From the NCBI RefSeq assembly GCF_009914755.1, contig NC_060931.1: a DNA stretch of 64,000 nt; one strand, given 5' to 3'. The position numbers were made by a program, and so were the translations under genes. This DNA is from the human T2T-CHM13v2.0 reference genome, Homo sapiens. The notes beneath the pieces are model-generated. The model was given only the letters and a program-made list of their open reading frames with translations. It did no database searches and was not told the DNA's origin. Numbering within the stretch: position 1 is the stretch's first letter; each line of letters begins with the position of its first letter. Below, piece by piece: positions 14,063-28,000 of this stretch.

Positions 14063-15799
14063 TAGGTCTTGCTTTGGAATTTAGGTTTCAACTCCAGCCG
14101 GTAAGGGTAATGGTTAGTTATTTTGTTTCCTTGCCTCAGTTGTGTGTGAGTGCATGTGTATGTGTGTGCACACATGTGTGTATTCCCAGGGAACTCTTAG
14201 AGGAGCAGTTGTGCCTGAGGGCAAGATTCTGCATCTTTGCATCCCTTGAACAAATGCCACCTTTAAAATAATCTTTTCAAGGTACCCAAGAACAAGACCC
14301 AAATATTACTTCTACTTTCTCTTCTCCCTATTTTTAGGTTGTTATTTTTTATTAACCCTACTCTTGGTGATCAAATGGCTTTTCATTTTTTGGGTTATAT
14401 TCCAAGGTTACGAATATTGGCTGAAATAGAAGCTAGCTAACCAATGGTTTCTGTTTTAACTTAACCTATACAGGATAAGAAAACAGAACTATCTCTCATG
14501 CCATCACCATTTTTTCCATGCCCATGGGAGAGGCAGAGCCTGACTGAGATTGTGGTTGCTATGCCCATGATAAGTCTATACAGCCAAATTTCTCCCTTTT
14601 TTTTTTTTTTTTTTTTTTTGACATGGAAAAGGAAGAGTTGAACTGGAGATCTGAAGAGTTGTGGAGAAACGGTATGAGGCTGCAAAATACCATTTCTTAA
14701 ACAGAAAAATTATGTTACGAACTTCACCTACTCCAATGAATGGGCTGCTCATCAGAGTCCCCTATGAAACTTTCTCCAAAGACATGAGCCTGAAAGTCAC
14801 TTCTAGAGGGTCTGGTTCAATGGGTCTGGTTTCATAAATGAAGGACCTGAGAAGATTGATTTAATACCACACGTACTGTCAAAATCAGATTTGAAATTCA
14901 GTTGCCTGAAACAACCTGTGCTGTTTCCACATCTGCTGCCTCTCTTTAAAGGTTACACTAATGATTCTTCCAAAAGAGAGAAAAATCTACCTTCATCCCC
15001 TCACTTAAAAATGGCAGCATTGCTATGGCTGAGACTGCAGGGGAAAAGGAATTTTATCGTTTTTCTGATCCTACCAAGATACTAAAATGTTCAAAAACAG
15101 GAAGAGTGTATTATTCTCACCTCTTCTATAAGAGCAGTCCGCTTCTGCAAATAGCCCACAGATCTTAGGGCTCCAAAGACACACTTTATAAAGTCCAGAT
15201 GTTCACAGACACTCTGCAATCAATTTCAACCTTGGATAATTGCACTCTTTCTATCCAAGGGCAGTTTCAACAGGACATGATATATTTTGTTTTTGTTTGC
15301 TGTAAGTACCAATAGCTCAAGAAGTGCTGTTATAATAACCCACTTTATCCCAGCAAGTAGCTGACCTCCAGGGAGCTCAAAACATTTTTTATGAGGTTCA
15401 TATTAGTTATCAAAATTGAGGTCTTCTGAAGGAAATAGAAAGTCTATTACTTCCATTTTACAGATAAAGTAGTCAAGGCCCAAAGGATGAATGATTTTTT
15501 TTTGTATCCTCACAAAATCAAAGCCCTTGCGTTTCTGGGGTCAGGGGTCTGAGATCTAGAAATAAAAACAAGAACAAAACCCTGCTGTATAAAATATCTA
15601 TCTGGTCATCTCTTAACCTAAAAGGGAGTGGACTTTTCTTTCTGGCAAATAAATCATAACTTATACTTGATTCATGGAGCAACAAAACATATTTCTTTCT
15701 CCTCTCATTTTTTGTTGTTAAGGTTGTTTTAAGTGGGTTTAGCCATGACAATGTTAAATATTAAATTTTAAGAAGTTTAACCTGTATCTTTCTTTTCTA

Positions 15800-18190
15800 C
15801 AGGTATAGTTTGGAGATATTCCAGGTTCTGTTCCGGACCATTATAATAAAGCAAATATCACAATTAATCAATTCACACAGGTTTTTTGGTTTCCTAGTAC
15901 ATATAAAAGTTTTGTTTATACTATATTGTAGTATATTGTGTGCAATAGTATTATGTCCAAAACAATGTACGTAACTTAATTTTAAAAAGTCTTTATTATT
16001 TAATAATAATAACAATCATCTGAGCTCTCAGCAAGTCACCTTTTTGCTGGTGAAGGTTTTTGCTCCAATATTGATGACTGCTGACTAATCAGGGTAGTGG
16101 TTGCTGAAGGTTGCTGGGGTGGCTGTGGCAATTTCTAAAAATAAGACAGCAATGAAGTTTGCTGCATTGATTGACTCTTCCTTTCATGAAAGATTTCTCT
16201 GTAAAAGGTGATGCTGTTTGATAGCATTTGACCCACGACAGAATTTATTTCAAAATTAGAGTCAATACTCTCAAACTCTCCTGCTGCTTTATCAACTAAG
16301 TTCACTCAATATTCTAAATTCTTTGTTGTCATTTCAACAATGTTCACAACATCTTCACCAGGAGTAGATCCCATTTCAAGAAATCACTTTTTTTTGCTCA
16401 TCCAAGGAAACAACTCCTTTTTCATTAAAGTTTAAAATGACATTGCAGCAATTCTCTCACATCTTCAAGCTTTGATTCTAATTCTAGTTCTCTTGCTATT
16501 TCTGCCACATCTGCAGTTACTTTCTCCGCTGAAGTCTTGAATCTTCAAAGTCTTTCATGGCAGTTGAAATAAACTTCTTCCAAACACCTGTTAATGTCGA
16601 TATTTTGAGCTCCTCCCATGAATCATGAATGTTCTTAGTGGCATCTAAAATGATTAATACTTTCCAGAGGGTTTTCAATTTACTTTGCCTAGATCCTTGA
16701 GAATAATCACTATAGCAGCTATAGCCTTACAAAAATGTGTTTCTTAAATAATAAGACTTGAAAATCAAAATTACTCCTTGATCCATGGGGTACAGAATGG
16801 ATGTTGTGTTAGCAGGCATGAAAACAAGTCTTCTGGCACATCTCCATCAGAGCTCTTGGGTGACCAGATGCATTGTCGATGAGTAGCCCACATTTTGAAA
16901 GGGATATTTTTCCCTAAGAAGCACATCTCAACAGTGGGCTTAAAATATTCAGTAAACCATGTTGTAAACAGATGTGCTGTCATTCAGGCTTTGTTGTTCC
17001 ATGTATAGACCACAGACTGAGTAGATTTAGCATAATTCTTAAGGGACCTAGGATTTTCAGAATGGCCAATGGCTTTAAATTGGCTTCAATTTAAAGTCAC
17101 CAGCTTCATTAGCTCCAAATAAGAGAATCAGGCTGTCCTTTGAAATTTTGAAGCCAGGCATTGGCTTTTTTCTGGCTATGAAAGTTCTAGATGGCATCCT
17201 CTTCTAATAAGAGGGCTGTTTCATCTACACTAAAAATCTTTTGTTTAGTACGGCCACCTCCATTCATTGTCTTAGCCAGGTTGCCTGGATAACTTGCTGC
17301 AACTTCCACATCAGTAGTTACTGCATCACCTCACACTTTTACGTTACACAGGTTGTTTTTTCCTTAAATCTCACGAACCAACCTCTGTTAGTCTCACAGT
17401 TTTCTTTTGCAGCTTCCTCAGCTCTCTTAGCCTTCCTAGAATTGAAAAGAGTTAGAGCCTTGTTCTGGATCGGGTTTCAGCTTAAGGAAATGTTGTGGCT
17501 GGTTTGATCTTCTATCCAGACCACTAAAACTTTGTCTATATTAGCAATAATGTTGCGTTTTCTTACCATTAATGAGTTCACTGAAGCAGCACTTTTAATT
17601 CCCTTCAATAACTTACCCTTTGCATTCACAACTTGGCTAACTGTTGGGTGTAAGAGGTCCAGTCTTCAGCCTGTCTCAGCTTTGAACGTGCCTTCCTCAC
17701 TAAGTTTAATTATTTTTAGTTTTTGATTTAAAGTGTGAGACATGCAATTCTTCCTTTCACTTGAACACTTAGAGGTAATTGTAGGGTTATTAATTGGCCT
17801 GATTTCACTATTGTTGTGCCTCAGGGAACAGGGAGGCCTGAGGAAAGGGAGAGAAATGGGGGAACCGGAGGTTGATGGAGCAGTTGGAATGCACATTAAT
17901 CAGTTAAGTTGGTCATCCTATGGGTATGGTTTCATGGCTGCCCAAAACAATTACAGTAGTAACATCAAAGATCATTGATCACAGATCACCATAACAGATG
18001 TAATTACAGTAATAATATAAAGCTTGAAGTGTTTTGAGAATTACTAAAATGTGACACAGAGACATGAAGTGAGCACATGCTGTTGGAAAAATCATGCTGC
18101 TAGACTTGCTTGAGGGAGGGTAGCCACAAAACTTCAATTTGTATAAAGCAAAATATCTGTGAAGTGCAATAGAATGAGGTATGCGGCCTG
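15800..18190 (-). mobile_element. Tigger1 DNA transposon, near full length, decayed transposase
   Basis: TA|caggtata...gagatatt terminus and gaggtatgc..cctg opposite terminus; ~2.4 kb; ORF fragments SKCSSERKNCMSHTLNQKLKIIKLSEEG (17666-17896) and MTAHLFTTWFTEYFKPTVE (16771-16983) match the Tigger1/TIGD1-type transposase. Confidence 0.93.
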
Positions 18191-19879
18191 CATAAATAAA
18201 TAATCAGCTGGATTCAGAAAAATATCCCTGGATTTGGAGCTTTGTGATGGCAAAATGGGACTTGAAAACTACACTACTCCATTAATTTCATCTTTATTCT
18301 GTTTTATTTTTGTGGCAATTGTGGTTTTATATAAATACTGATGGTGCATAGGAGAAGGAAGCTACTATACGTTAAGTCCTTTCTATTTGTTCTGAGCCTC
18401 CCAGGTCTATTTCTAACAAAATACTCACAAAACCACTAGGAATTTCCCTGTTTACTCATCTGAGTTCCTGAAGGGCAGAGACTGTTCACAGTATCATTGT
18501 ATCCCGAATACATAGAAAGGAGGCTTGCAAACAATAAGCAATGGTCTACTTTATTGAACTCTCTAGAGCACCCTCTAGCTTCATACACTGTATTGTGTGC
18601 CTTGCAGGCTGACACACGTGGAAGCCATCAAAAAGCTCTCTTGGGTTCCGCCAATAGAAGGCATCCATAGGAGATCTGAGGGCAGAAGAAGAGTGAGGTT
18701 GAGGTAGGTCTTCCTCTAACTTTCTCCTTGTCAGGTTACTATGGGTTAGCACTATCCATCTAGTAAAATCCACAACAATGTTCAAAAACATTTCATGAAG
18801 CTTTGTTCAGAAATAACAGGCATAAGCTTAAAAAACAAAAAGAGAAGAAAAGCATACAAAACAAAACAAAAATAGATCACGTCATGTCCAGAAAGCTGAA
18901 ATTTATATTAGGCTGACAGTCAGAAAACTATTTAATGTGATCTATGTGGTTTGCTGTTAAAGTACAGATCAATGAGATTGCATTTTAAAATAAATTTTAA
19001 TGTGCTTATATTTGCATTTTCATGTTTGCTTTTCATTTGTCAGTGAATATAGATTTTATACATGTATACCTGCAAGACGTGCATCACGCTGGCATATTAG
19101 TCATCCTGAGCAGATATTTAAAAAACAGTTTTCTAGAAACATCCTGTAATCTCCCACATTTACCCATGCCAGTCTCTGCTCATGGTATACTTGTTAGAGG
19201 ACTTGACTTAAGTCCTCTACTATCTAAGATGATTTTTCTTTTCCAGGCTAATGATAGTTGATAGATTTTGAATCCTATTCAATACCACTCTAATAACTGC
19301 ATGATGAATCTCAAAAGGGACTCACAAATCAAGAGAATCTTAGCGATTAAACATATCCCTATTGTGAAACCCCATAGGATTTTTTGCTTTTCTTCTAACG
19401 TCTATCACAGTTGAGAAAACAGACGGTGTCTTTTCTCCTTTGTGTTCCTTGCAGCCCCTAGCAGGGTGGTTGGCGCACCGTAGGTGAGCAGCACAGGATT
19501 GCTGGAATAAACTGAAGGGTCATCTAGTCACACCTGATGGTTTAAAACAAGAAATTTCTGCACATTTCTAAGAGACACTCATAGAGCTTCTGTCTGAAAC
19601 CTTGTAACACTGAGAGACAGTTTTAATATGCCTTATAACTTAACCAAATTCAATCCCTCTTCTAAGCAAGCCCAAGCATCTGGTATTAGTTTTCTCTCGA
19701 CTTAAGTCTTGTCTTCTAATTTAACATGCTTAGTTCTTTCTATTTTTCCTTCAAAACTTTCTATAGTATAATGATTTCAGTTCACGTTCATCTGATTATT
19801 CTTGTTTGTTACTATCTCTGTTCAACTATGACTGCCCTCAGATTTGATCAAATTATTGGAGTAACACTCCAGTAATTTA

Positions 19880-20037
19880 AGAGAGTTCCTTCAATTCATC
19901 CATATAACCTAATGGTTCTCAAATTTTATTGAGTACTGGACTCTCACAGGTACTAGTTTAAAATCTAGAGCCTTATACCCTGAAATTCTAATTTAGTAGG
20001 TCTAATTCATCAGGTTTTCATAATCTACCTTAAAAAC
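19880..20037 (+). repeat. Copy 1 of a ~155-bp local direct duplication
   Basis: Aligns to 21075-21227, sharing the exact 29-mer tattgagtactggactctcacaggtacta. Confidence 0.9.
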
Positions 20038-21074
20038 AGGATGTGACAAACTATTTCTATGTCTGATCACTATGCTTATTTTAACACTGAATGAGTTCCA
20101 TTGCCTTTAAAGAGTATTACATCATACTGACCTAAATGCAAAGACAATTGTTAGCATACATAGAAAACAAAGACAGTGGCATGACAAACCACACACCATT
20201 ATCCAACTATTCAACTAGGGAAGAGGTCCTTCTCAGAGAGGGTTTATTAGGTTCTGACTTTTCAATAGAGAGAGCTTCTGTTGTCTCAATAGGCTTTACT
20301 CCATGTCACAGAGAGGCAAAGTGCTGAGAAAAACACATCATGAGTACATAAGTACTTTTTATTTATGCAAAAATGCATTCCACCATTTTTTAAAAAGAGA
20401 GAAAGAGAAAAAAAACATATTTGGTAACATGAGGAGGAAAATGGAACAAGAAGAGAGATGACATTAAACTTAGGTATGCACACAGGTCAACATTTTAAGG
20501 ATTCTTAAAGAATAATCTGTAATATCCATAAAGTAGACTCATTATATATTACTATATTGCTAATAGTTAGAATCTAATCGATTTTCCATGCCATATTTAC
20601 TCCCTAGTGACCCATGACATGACAAACTATGTCTTTGTTTGAGATATAAGAGCAAAATATTGGTGGGACGATGATCCCTATTATTCATATGCATGTTTAA
20701 ATGCAATTCTACCCATTAGGGTATGGTGCTGGAATGGGGAGAGTTAGATCATAGGAAAGTCTTTTCAAGTTTACCAGACTGAACAGTAAATGTTATTGGT
20801 TCTAGACTTTATTAAATAGAGAACGATAAATCACTACTGTATGGAAAAGACTTTTCATTGAGATTAAGAAGAACACTGAGATAAAGTCTTCATATCATAT
20901 AGGAACTATAAAGAGTCTTGGTCATTTAAACACTACTGTAATTTCATATTCTGTTAAAATCTTCATATATTTACATGTAATCATGATGCAGTACAAAGAA
21001 CTGATCAAAGTTAGGCTAAAAATAATAAGGTTTAACAGAAAAAAAATATATACTTAGGTTGCACTGTGTATATG

Positions 21075-21290
21075 AGAGAGTTCCTTCAACTTATCCCTCC
21101 AATCGAATGGTTCTCAAATATATTGAGTACTGGACTCTCACAGGTACTAATTTAAAATCTAGAGTCCTACACTCTGAAATTCTAATTCAGTAGAATTCAG
21201 CAGGTCTTCAGAATCTACCTTATAAACCACATTCCAATTAATCCCGATGCAAGTGGTTTTCAGACAACTCTTGGAGAAGTACTGGATTAA
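21075..21290 (+). repeat. Copy 2 of the duplication (21075-21227), continuing as a degenerate MER5-like element
   Basis: aatggttctcaaa...aaattctaattcagtag...gatgcaagtggtt...cttggagaagtactgg. Confidence 0.7.
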
Positions 21291-23899
21291 AACTATATTT
21301 AAAGCATTTTCATTTTGTAAGTTTTTTGAAATATTTGTGTCCTATGCACCCTCAAAGTGAACTGCTGGGGCCAGCAGTTACTAATCAGAAAAGAGAAGAA
21401 AGGCATATTTATGGATTGCCTTTTAAAACTTTTTATTTTGAACTAATTTTAGGCTTATAGATTGATGCACTATCTTAAAAGGCCTAGTTTTAGGTCGTTC
21501 TATGATACCGAGCATGATGAAATGATAACATATGTGTCCACCAGAAACATGAGAACTGAGCTCCCTGCTTGCTCATTACCTATCTTGTAAAATGACTTGC
21601 CCAAATATATTTATATAGGCTTCTAATATTTTAGTTTAATCAGCACCATCTGTTGGTATATGATATACATGCTTCTTTTTGTATTTTATGCTTCAAAATA
21701 TAATGCCAGTCAACTTAGTAGGTGGACCAACCATATCATACTTACAGCATTTATATTAATCCTTTAAAATTATACAATTTTAGAACATACCTTAAATATT
21801 TGCTGCTAAATTTTCCATTGAAAAGAAGTATCTGTGCTCTATGCAATCATAAATTGATTTTATCCAGCTACGAAAAATTAAAAAGAAAAATTTTAGCATG
21901 CGGGTATGCAAGTGACCTGTGCACAACCTTTAAACAAAATATGTCCATTAAAGATTTCAATTCCATAGTATAGCTGAACTTTGTCATTACTACATGTTTA
22001 AAGCAATTTTAAATATTTATTTAGCTTAATTCTGCATAAGCCATTTCATCCTGGATTTTAATACTGACCTCAGAACATATACTGATTGAAAGAAGGAATC
22101 ATTATTATGTATTAATGGTGAAAATTAAGTTAAAATATATTTTAACACACTTGTGAATTTCTAAAGCTGACAGCAATAAGGAATGTACTAAGAAATTATC
22201 TCTTTATTTTTCATATTAAATATACCACTTTTTATATTCTGTAGGCAGAATGAGACCCACAAATATGGTAATTGTATCTGAATATTATATAGTCAATATA
22301 TTTAGAAATTAAGTATGTTGAATCAGCTGAATTCTTCTCTTATTTGTCACTAGTAAAAAGTAATCTCATCAATAAGAGACAGTTGTCACTGTTAATTAAA
22401 AATCCCTACTGTGTAAATTGGTATTTAGGTACTTGCTGATAAGAGGTTTCTGCTACAATAGGCTATTACAACTTCATAATAGTTAAGGCCTAACACTGAA
22501 ACCCTTCTGTGTTCTGTTTCAGTGACCCACTCCATAAAGCCATTGTGGACTATTGTGCTTGTCCAACAGCCTCAGGGCCCCATTACACATCTATTTCAGA
22601 TCTCAGATCCTTGCTGGTAAAAGATGCATGATCTGAAATCTTGGCTACAACATAAGATGGGTCTAACAATGTTCACATTTGAAATTTTTCTTTCATGTGA
22701 CTCAAACGGGGCCTAGCTTTTGCTTCTTAAAAATCATTACCCACGTTAGTATGTGTGTGTATGTGTGTGTGTGCACGTGTGCACGTGCTGGGGATTGAAG
22801 ATGACTGGATAGGACCTAGACTGTTAAAACTTTAAAACATCTAGAAAACCTTTTTGGCTAAGTTGGTTGATGTATCCAGTAAAGGCGTCAGCTAAGTATC
22901 CAAACACCTTACCTCTCTCCTGTGACCTAGAAGGTTTAGACCTGCCAGAAAAATTTAGCAAGATTATTGCCAAGTCTGTCTTTTTTGCTCTGCCAAGAGT
23001 TTCCATTGCAAAAGACTTCGGGAATGTAGACAGTTTCTATTAACACCAATACTAAGGTTGCGGGTCTAGTAAATATTAGGTAATAACAATGTTCAAGACG
23101 CAGTGGTGATGGTGGGGTCATGTTGTCCAGGAGAGGAGGTGTTAGCCCAGTATTGTGGATTGTTAGGTCCTATTCTTGGCTCAATTACTGGGAAATGATT
23201 TGACATTGAGTTTTAATAATCTTTGGCCCTGATCTTTCTGTTTGGAAGACATTATAATAATAATGTGCATTATGAAGTAGTTCTTGCACTAGTTACCCAA
23301 GAAACTACTTGTGCATGAAAGAAACAATCACAGCTTGCCATCCTAGGGGTATAACAAGAGCATACTTACAAACAATTTGGATAAATTTCTGAATAAAGTT
23401 AAATAAGGCAAATTATATAACTAGGTTAACTTTTGTGAACCTAAGTTGTAAATAAGTCCCTCAATTAGTATTGTCATTTTTTCTCATTTCTTTCATATTA
23501 CTTGAAAAATTTTCAATATAATATAACAAATCATGAACTATGAAAAGAAAAGGGCCTACATTCTGTATCTGGTCTTGTGATGTGCATGGGTAACTACAAA
23601 CTTCATATTATGGACAAATCAATAAAAATGAAAACTGTCAAATAAAAAGTTGACACTAACTTGAATTTACCCAAAGAGTATTCCCCAACCTAAATCTATT
23701 TCCCAAAGCCAAGAAGATTTGATAACTGTTCTAGAAACAGGTTGTAATTCATGAAATGCTGACATCAACAACCAAATCGAAGAATTCCAGGAATTTCTTT
23801 CACAGGCTTGTACCTAATTTTCCAGTTGAATGGGAGTGTCTCTATTCTGGCCCCCACAACATTTTGTTCTGACTCTCATTTGGCACATTTTGTCTGAAA

Positions 23900-24100
23900 C
23901 TGCAGCTCAGTCCCAGCTGTGCACCTATGTATGCTATGACCTACAGCAAGTTAGCTAATCAATTTTTGCTTCCAGTTCATCATCTACAAATAGGAATAAT
24001 AATAGCACCTAACCCATAAGGTGAATGTCAGACCTACTCCATAGCACTTAGCAAGGTGTCTGATATATAAGTGCCTGATGATCTTAACTATTATTATTAT
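23900..24100 (+). mobile_element. MIR
   Basis: gctatgacct...caagttag...cagttcatcatctacaaataggaataataatagcacctaacccataag...gcacttagca. Confidence 0.7.
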
Positions 24101-24329
24101 CCTTATTATAATTGTTTTTATTAGATATTATCATCACTCCCAGTTAGTAAGCTCCTTGTACCTCCACATAATAATTAATATATGATTCTTCACATTGCTT
24201 TTATTGTAAGAATAAAAAAGTGAATGATTGAATGGATGAAATAATGAATGGAAAAAAAAGGCAAGCACTTGAAAGACAGGGAGCTTATATACCAGAAGAC
24301 AACATAAAAACTACAGCAGATCCTGATGG

Positions 24330-25065
24330 CAGATCTGTGTTCAAAATTTCCACAGTCTGACCATTTCTCATTACCTCCACTGCTTTGCCCAGTCCCAGTC
24401 ATGATCATTTCTAACCTGGATTATACAAAAATCTTCTAAGGTAAGACTGTGTTCCTGATATTGGCTTCTTTAAGGCTAATCTCACCTCAGATAATTCAGA
24501 AAAACTCAATTAAAATTAATACTTATGATGTTACTTTTCTGCTCAAAATCCTGTAATGATTTCCTATCACTAAGGGTGAAATGTGAAGGTCTTTCAATGG
24601 CTGACCAGGCCATACAAGATCTTATACTCCACCCCTAACTTCCTTCACCTTTGCTTTGTCTAGACAAGCTGGTGCTTCAGGGGCTGTCTCCTTGACGCTC
24701 TTAGCTTGAAATTCTCTTTCCCAAGACACTGCCTAGATTAACCCCTCATCTTTTTAGACCTGTACTCAAATGTCATCTTTCTTAGCCATCCTACCTAACA
24801 TTTCAACCCTGCCCTTCACTTCACAATTTTACTTCTTATTTTCCTATCCATCATTTTCCCTGATTTATTTTTCTTCTCAGCATTTCTCGCTTTCTAACAT
24901 ACCGTACATTTGTGTATTTATCTTGTTTACTATTCATCTTTTCTACAGAAATATAAATGCCATGATGGCAGCCAATGCTTTTTTTCTACTGTTATATTCT
25001 CAGCACCTACACAATGTCTGCTACATAGCAGGTACTCAGTACTTTCTGAACAAAATAAATGATTA
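24330..25065 (+). mobile_element. L2 (L2a-like) 3' part
   Basis: ccatttctcattacctccactgct...tctgctcaaaatcct...ctcaaatgtcatct...acatagcaggtactcagta tail. Confidence 0.75.
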
Positions 25066-28000
25066 AACAATTTTAATTATATTGTTTATTACTTAAAATC
25101 CAACTGTGACAGCTTCTCCTGGGGCCTTTGATATGCCTCTATGATATCTGTGTGTGTTGGGAATGGAGGGAAGTTTGACATAGAAAAGTAATTGGGGTTG
25201 AATTATTGGAAGAGAGGAAAGTAATAGTGAGTCAGAGGATGGAAACTAGGAAAGGGATCTCTGAGTACCTAGAATGTATACTGAAGATATTGGCCACCTG
25301 GGTGACATTGGCAAGAGGTAAAAAGAAATTGGAGAACATCATGAGGGGAAAAAAATCCAAAAAACAGAAAAGTCAATAAGCCACATTTCATCTACTTTAT
25401 AATTTTGCCTTGTGCTGCCTCATTTCTTCTTCCAGGAGGTTAGTAAAGATCTTCAAAGGGAACATTGAGCTCCAGAGCTGCTAAGATTCTATTCAGAAAA
25501 CAGGCTCCCTATGGAAAGAGAGTCCCATGGCCCCACATTCACCATTATCCTGCTCTGCAGAGCTTCGGATGCCAGACAGAAGTAAGGGATAGACAGAGGT
25601 TATTAAATTCTAGGATGTTTATGGAAAAGCAGAGCCCCACTAATCATACCTGTTTCCTCTCCCCATCTTCGATTAAGATGGCTTCTTTCATTCTTGCTTC
25701 TCCTGCCTAGAAGTTGTCAGTATTTGAAGACTTTGTTAGGAAGGGCCAGGGTTGATAGCCAATGACAAGTAGAAGGAACTCATGGAAAAAAGTAAACTAT
25801 CCATAGTTTGTCATCTTCAGGGACACTCTTGAAAAGCTGATTTCCCATTTTAGGGGAATATACTACAAAAGAGGAGAGAAATTATTCACTAGAGATGGCG
25901 GTATGTAGGGGACAAAAGGAATAAGTCATACTTTCAAAAATTATTTGTGGAACTGTCAGTGGTGTTACCTGAAGGCAAGTACACTTTTATTCCCAGTTAT
26001 TCACCTTATCATTTTACACAATTCAGTTCTGAATTGGAGATACAGTTAAGATTTGAGATAGGAAAGAGTAATTCCAACAGCCCCATACCAGAGCTTCTCC
26101 ATTACTGACTTATCTTCATGTAATTTTAGGTGTGTTTGTGATCTTTATTATTCCTATGTTGCCAATGTAATGTTTACAGTTAGGGAAAGTAAAGCAACAA
26201 ATTATCACTCATCACAGAAATTATCCAAAATTTAGCAATAGGCAAAAAATATGAATGGCTGTTCTTTCCGTAGAGGGCTTCATTTGAGTCTATCAACAAA
26301 GCTACTTTACAACTCTAGGTATAGGGGTTACTTAGTACAGTTTCATTCAGTAGAAATGCAAATAATGTCTGTCCAATGGAACATATAACCTGAAATGTTA
26401 TGGTTTATTATTATACTGTAGGATACTAAACCAGTTTTGTATCTAATCCTCTCATTTATCTCAATATTTATTTATATTATATAACATATAGATATAGATA
26501 TAGATATATATACAACTAGCTTCTCAAATGCTCTTTGGACTAGTTTCAAGATCTTATTTGCTCCCTCATTAGGTAATGAGTTGAATAAAATCCTTGACGT
26601 GTTCATTTTACTTTTGTTATAAGAGTTGCTTTTAACTTTTACAAAATTATACTTTAACACTGATATTTTTTATTAGCTCTCAAAATTAACCTATATTCTA
26701 TTGACTTTACCTAATGGGACATAGTCGATTGGCAAGTAACCTGATAATGCTTACTTTACAACCTGAAACATTACATTCATCATTTGTCTTTCCCGTTTTC
26801 TGTAAACGCATCACCCATTCTTCCCATCCAAGTTATTACATGGTTAATTCTTGGTTTTTCATAGGCCTCGATCCATGCTTGTTACTTTATGACTTTGTAA
26901 CAAGTTATTTGTAAAAATTAATTTTACCATAACCACCTAAGCAGTAGGCAACTAGAAAAAACACTTCATAGTTCAAATTTGTTTATGTCCATCCTTGTCA
27001 CTCTTAAAACAGATAGATAAATCAAAATAAAATATTAGACTTTACGGTGATAAGAGACTGAGTTCAACAAACAAAAATATTCTGAATGTCCTTTTTTTAA
27101 AAAGGTGCCCGAAAGTAACACTACCACTAAAGATTATAATACAAAAAAATTTGAAAAACTATAATAAAATAGTCATAGAAAATAGGTTTTTTACAAAATA
27201 AAATTATGTGCTGTTTTCTCCCACTATCCCTGTAATATGACACTTAACAAGTGGCAGTCTGCAACTTTCTGAGTATTCATAGACAGTAATTTCTTCTTAA
27301 GGAAATATTTTATTTTTCTAGCTGTGGGCAAATTTTTCTACACTATTTTCATCTTCATTAAAGGAGAACAATAAAAAATCAAAAAGAATCATTTCTAAAG
27401 ATCACTGTATACAGGAAAAGTATTCGATAATTCGGTATTCTCACTCATTCTTGCATGCATTCTCATTGTTACTTCTGGCCATTTCATTCTAGAAGGTGGG
27501 TGAAAATACAAACAACCAATTTTTTTTTTTAGGAATGTATTAGGAGAAACTCAAAAATGAAATGATAAAAATTGGTAAGGCTGCATAATAGGATTTAAGA
27601 ATGTGATTTCTTCCAATTGCTGACTGAATAAAACATCGGTATTGACTAATATAGTTTAGAAAATTGTTAATATTCTTTCTACACTGTCAAGAAATATTGG
27701 TAAATAATATATTGTGTTAAAAGGGGAAGAAAACATAAATGACAAAAACTTCTGTTCCTAGTAAGATTTCATATAATATGGTATTTAATTTTCTAAAAAA
27801 GCAAAATCTTGTTCTTCTGAAATGCCACATTTTGTGTAAAAATTTATGATAAACACTAAAAATCGAGTTATTAGGTTCCTGTTCATGTTCAAAGAGTCAT
27901 CCCTCAAGTTTAAATTTATGAGTAGTTTTGTTTAAAAATAAGATTAGTTTGCGGCATATCAATTATCATTGATTTAGACATTTTTAAATATTAACCATTA

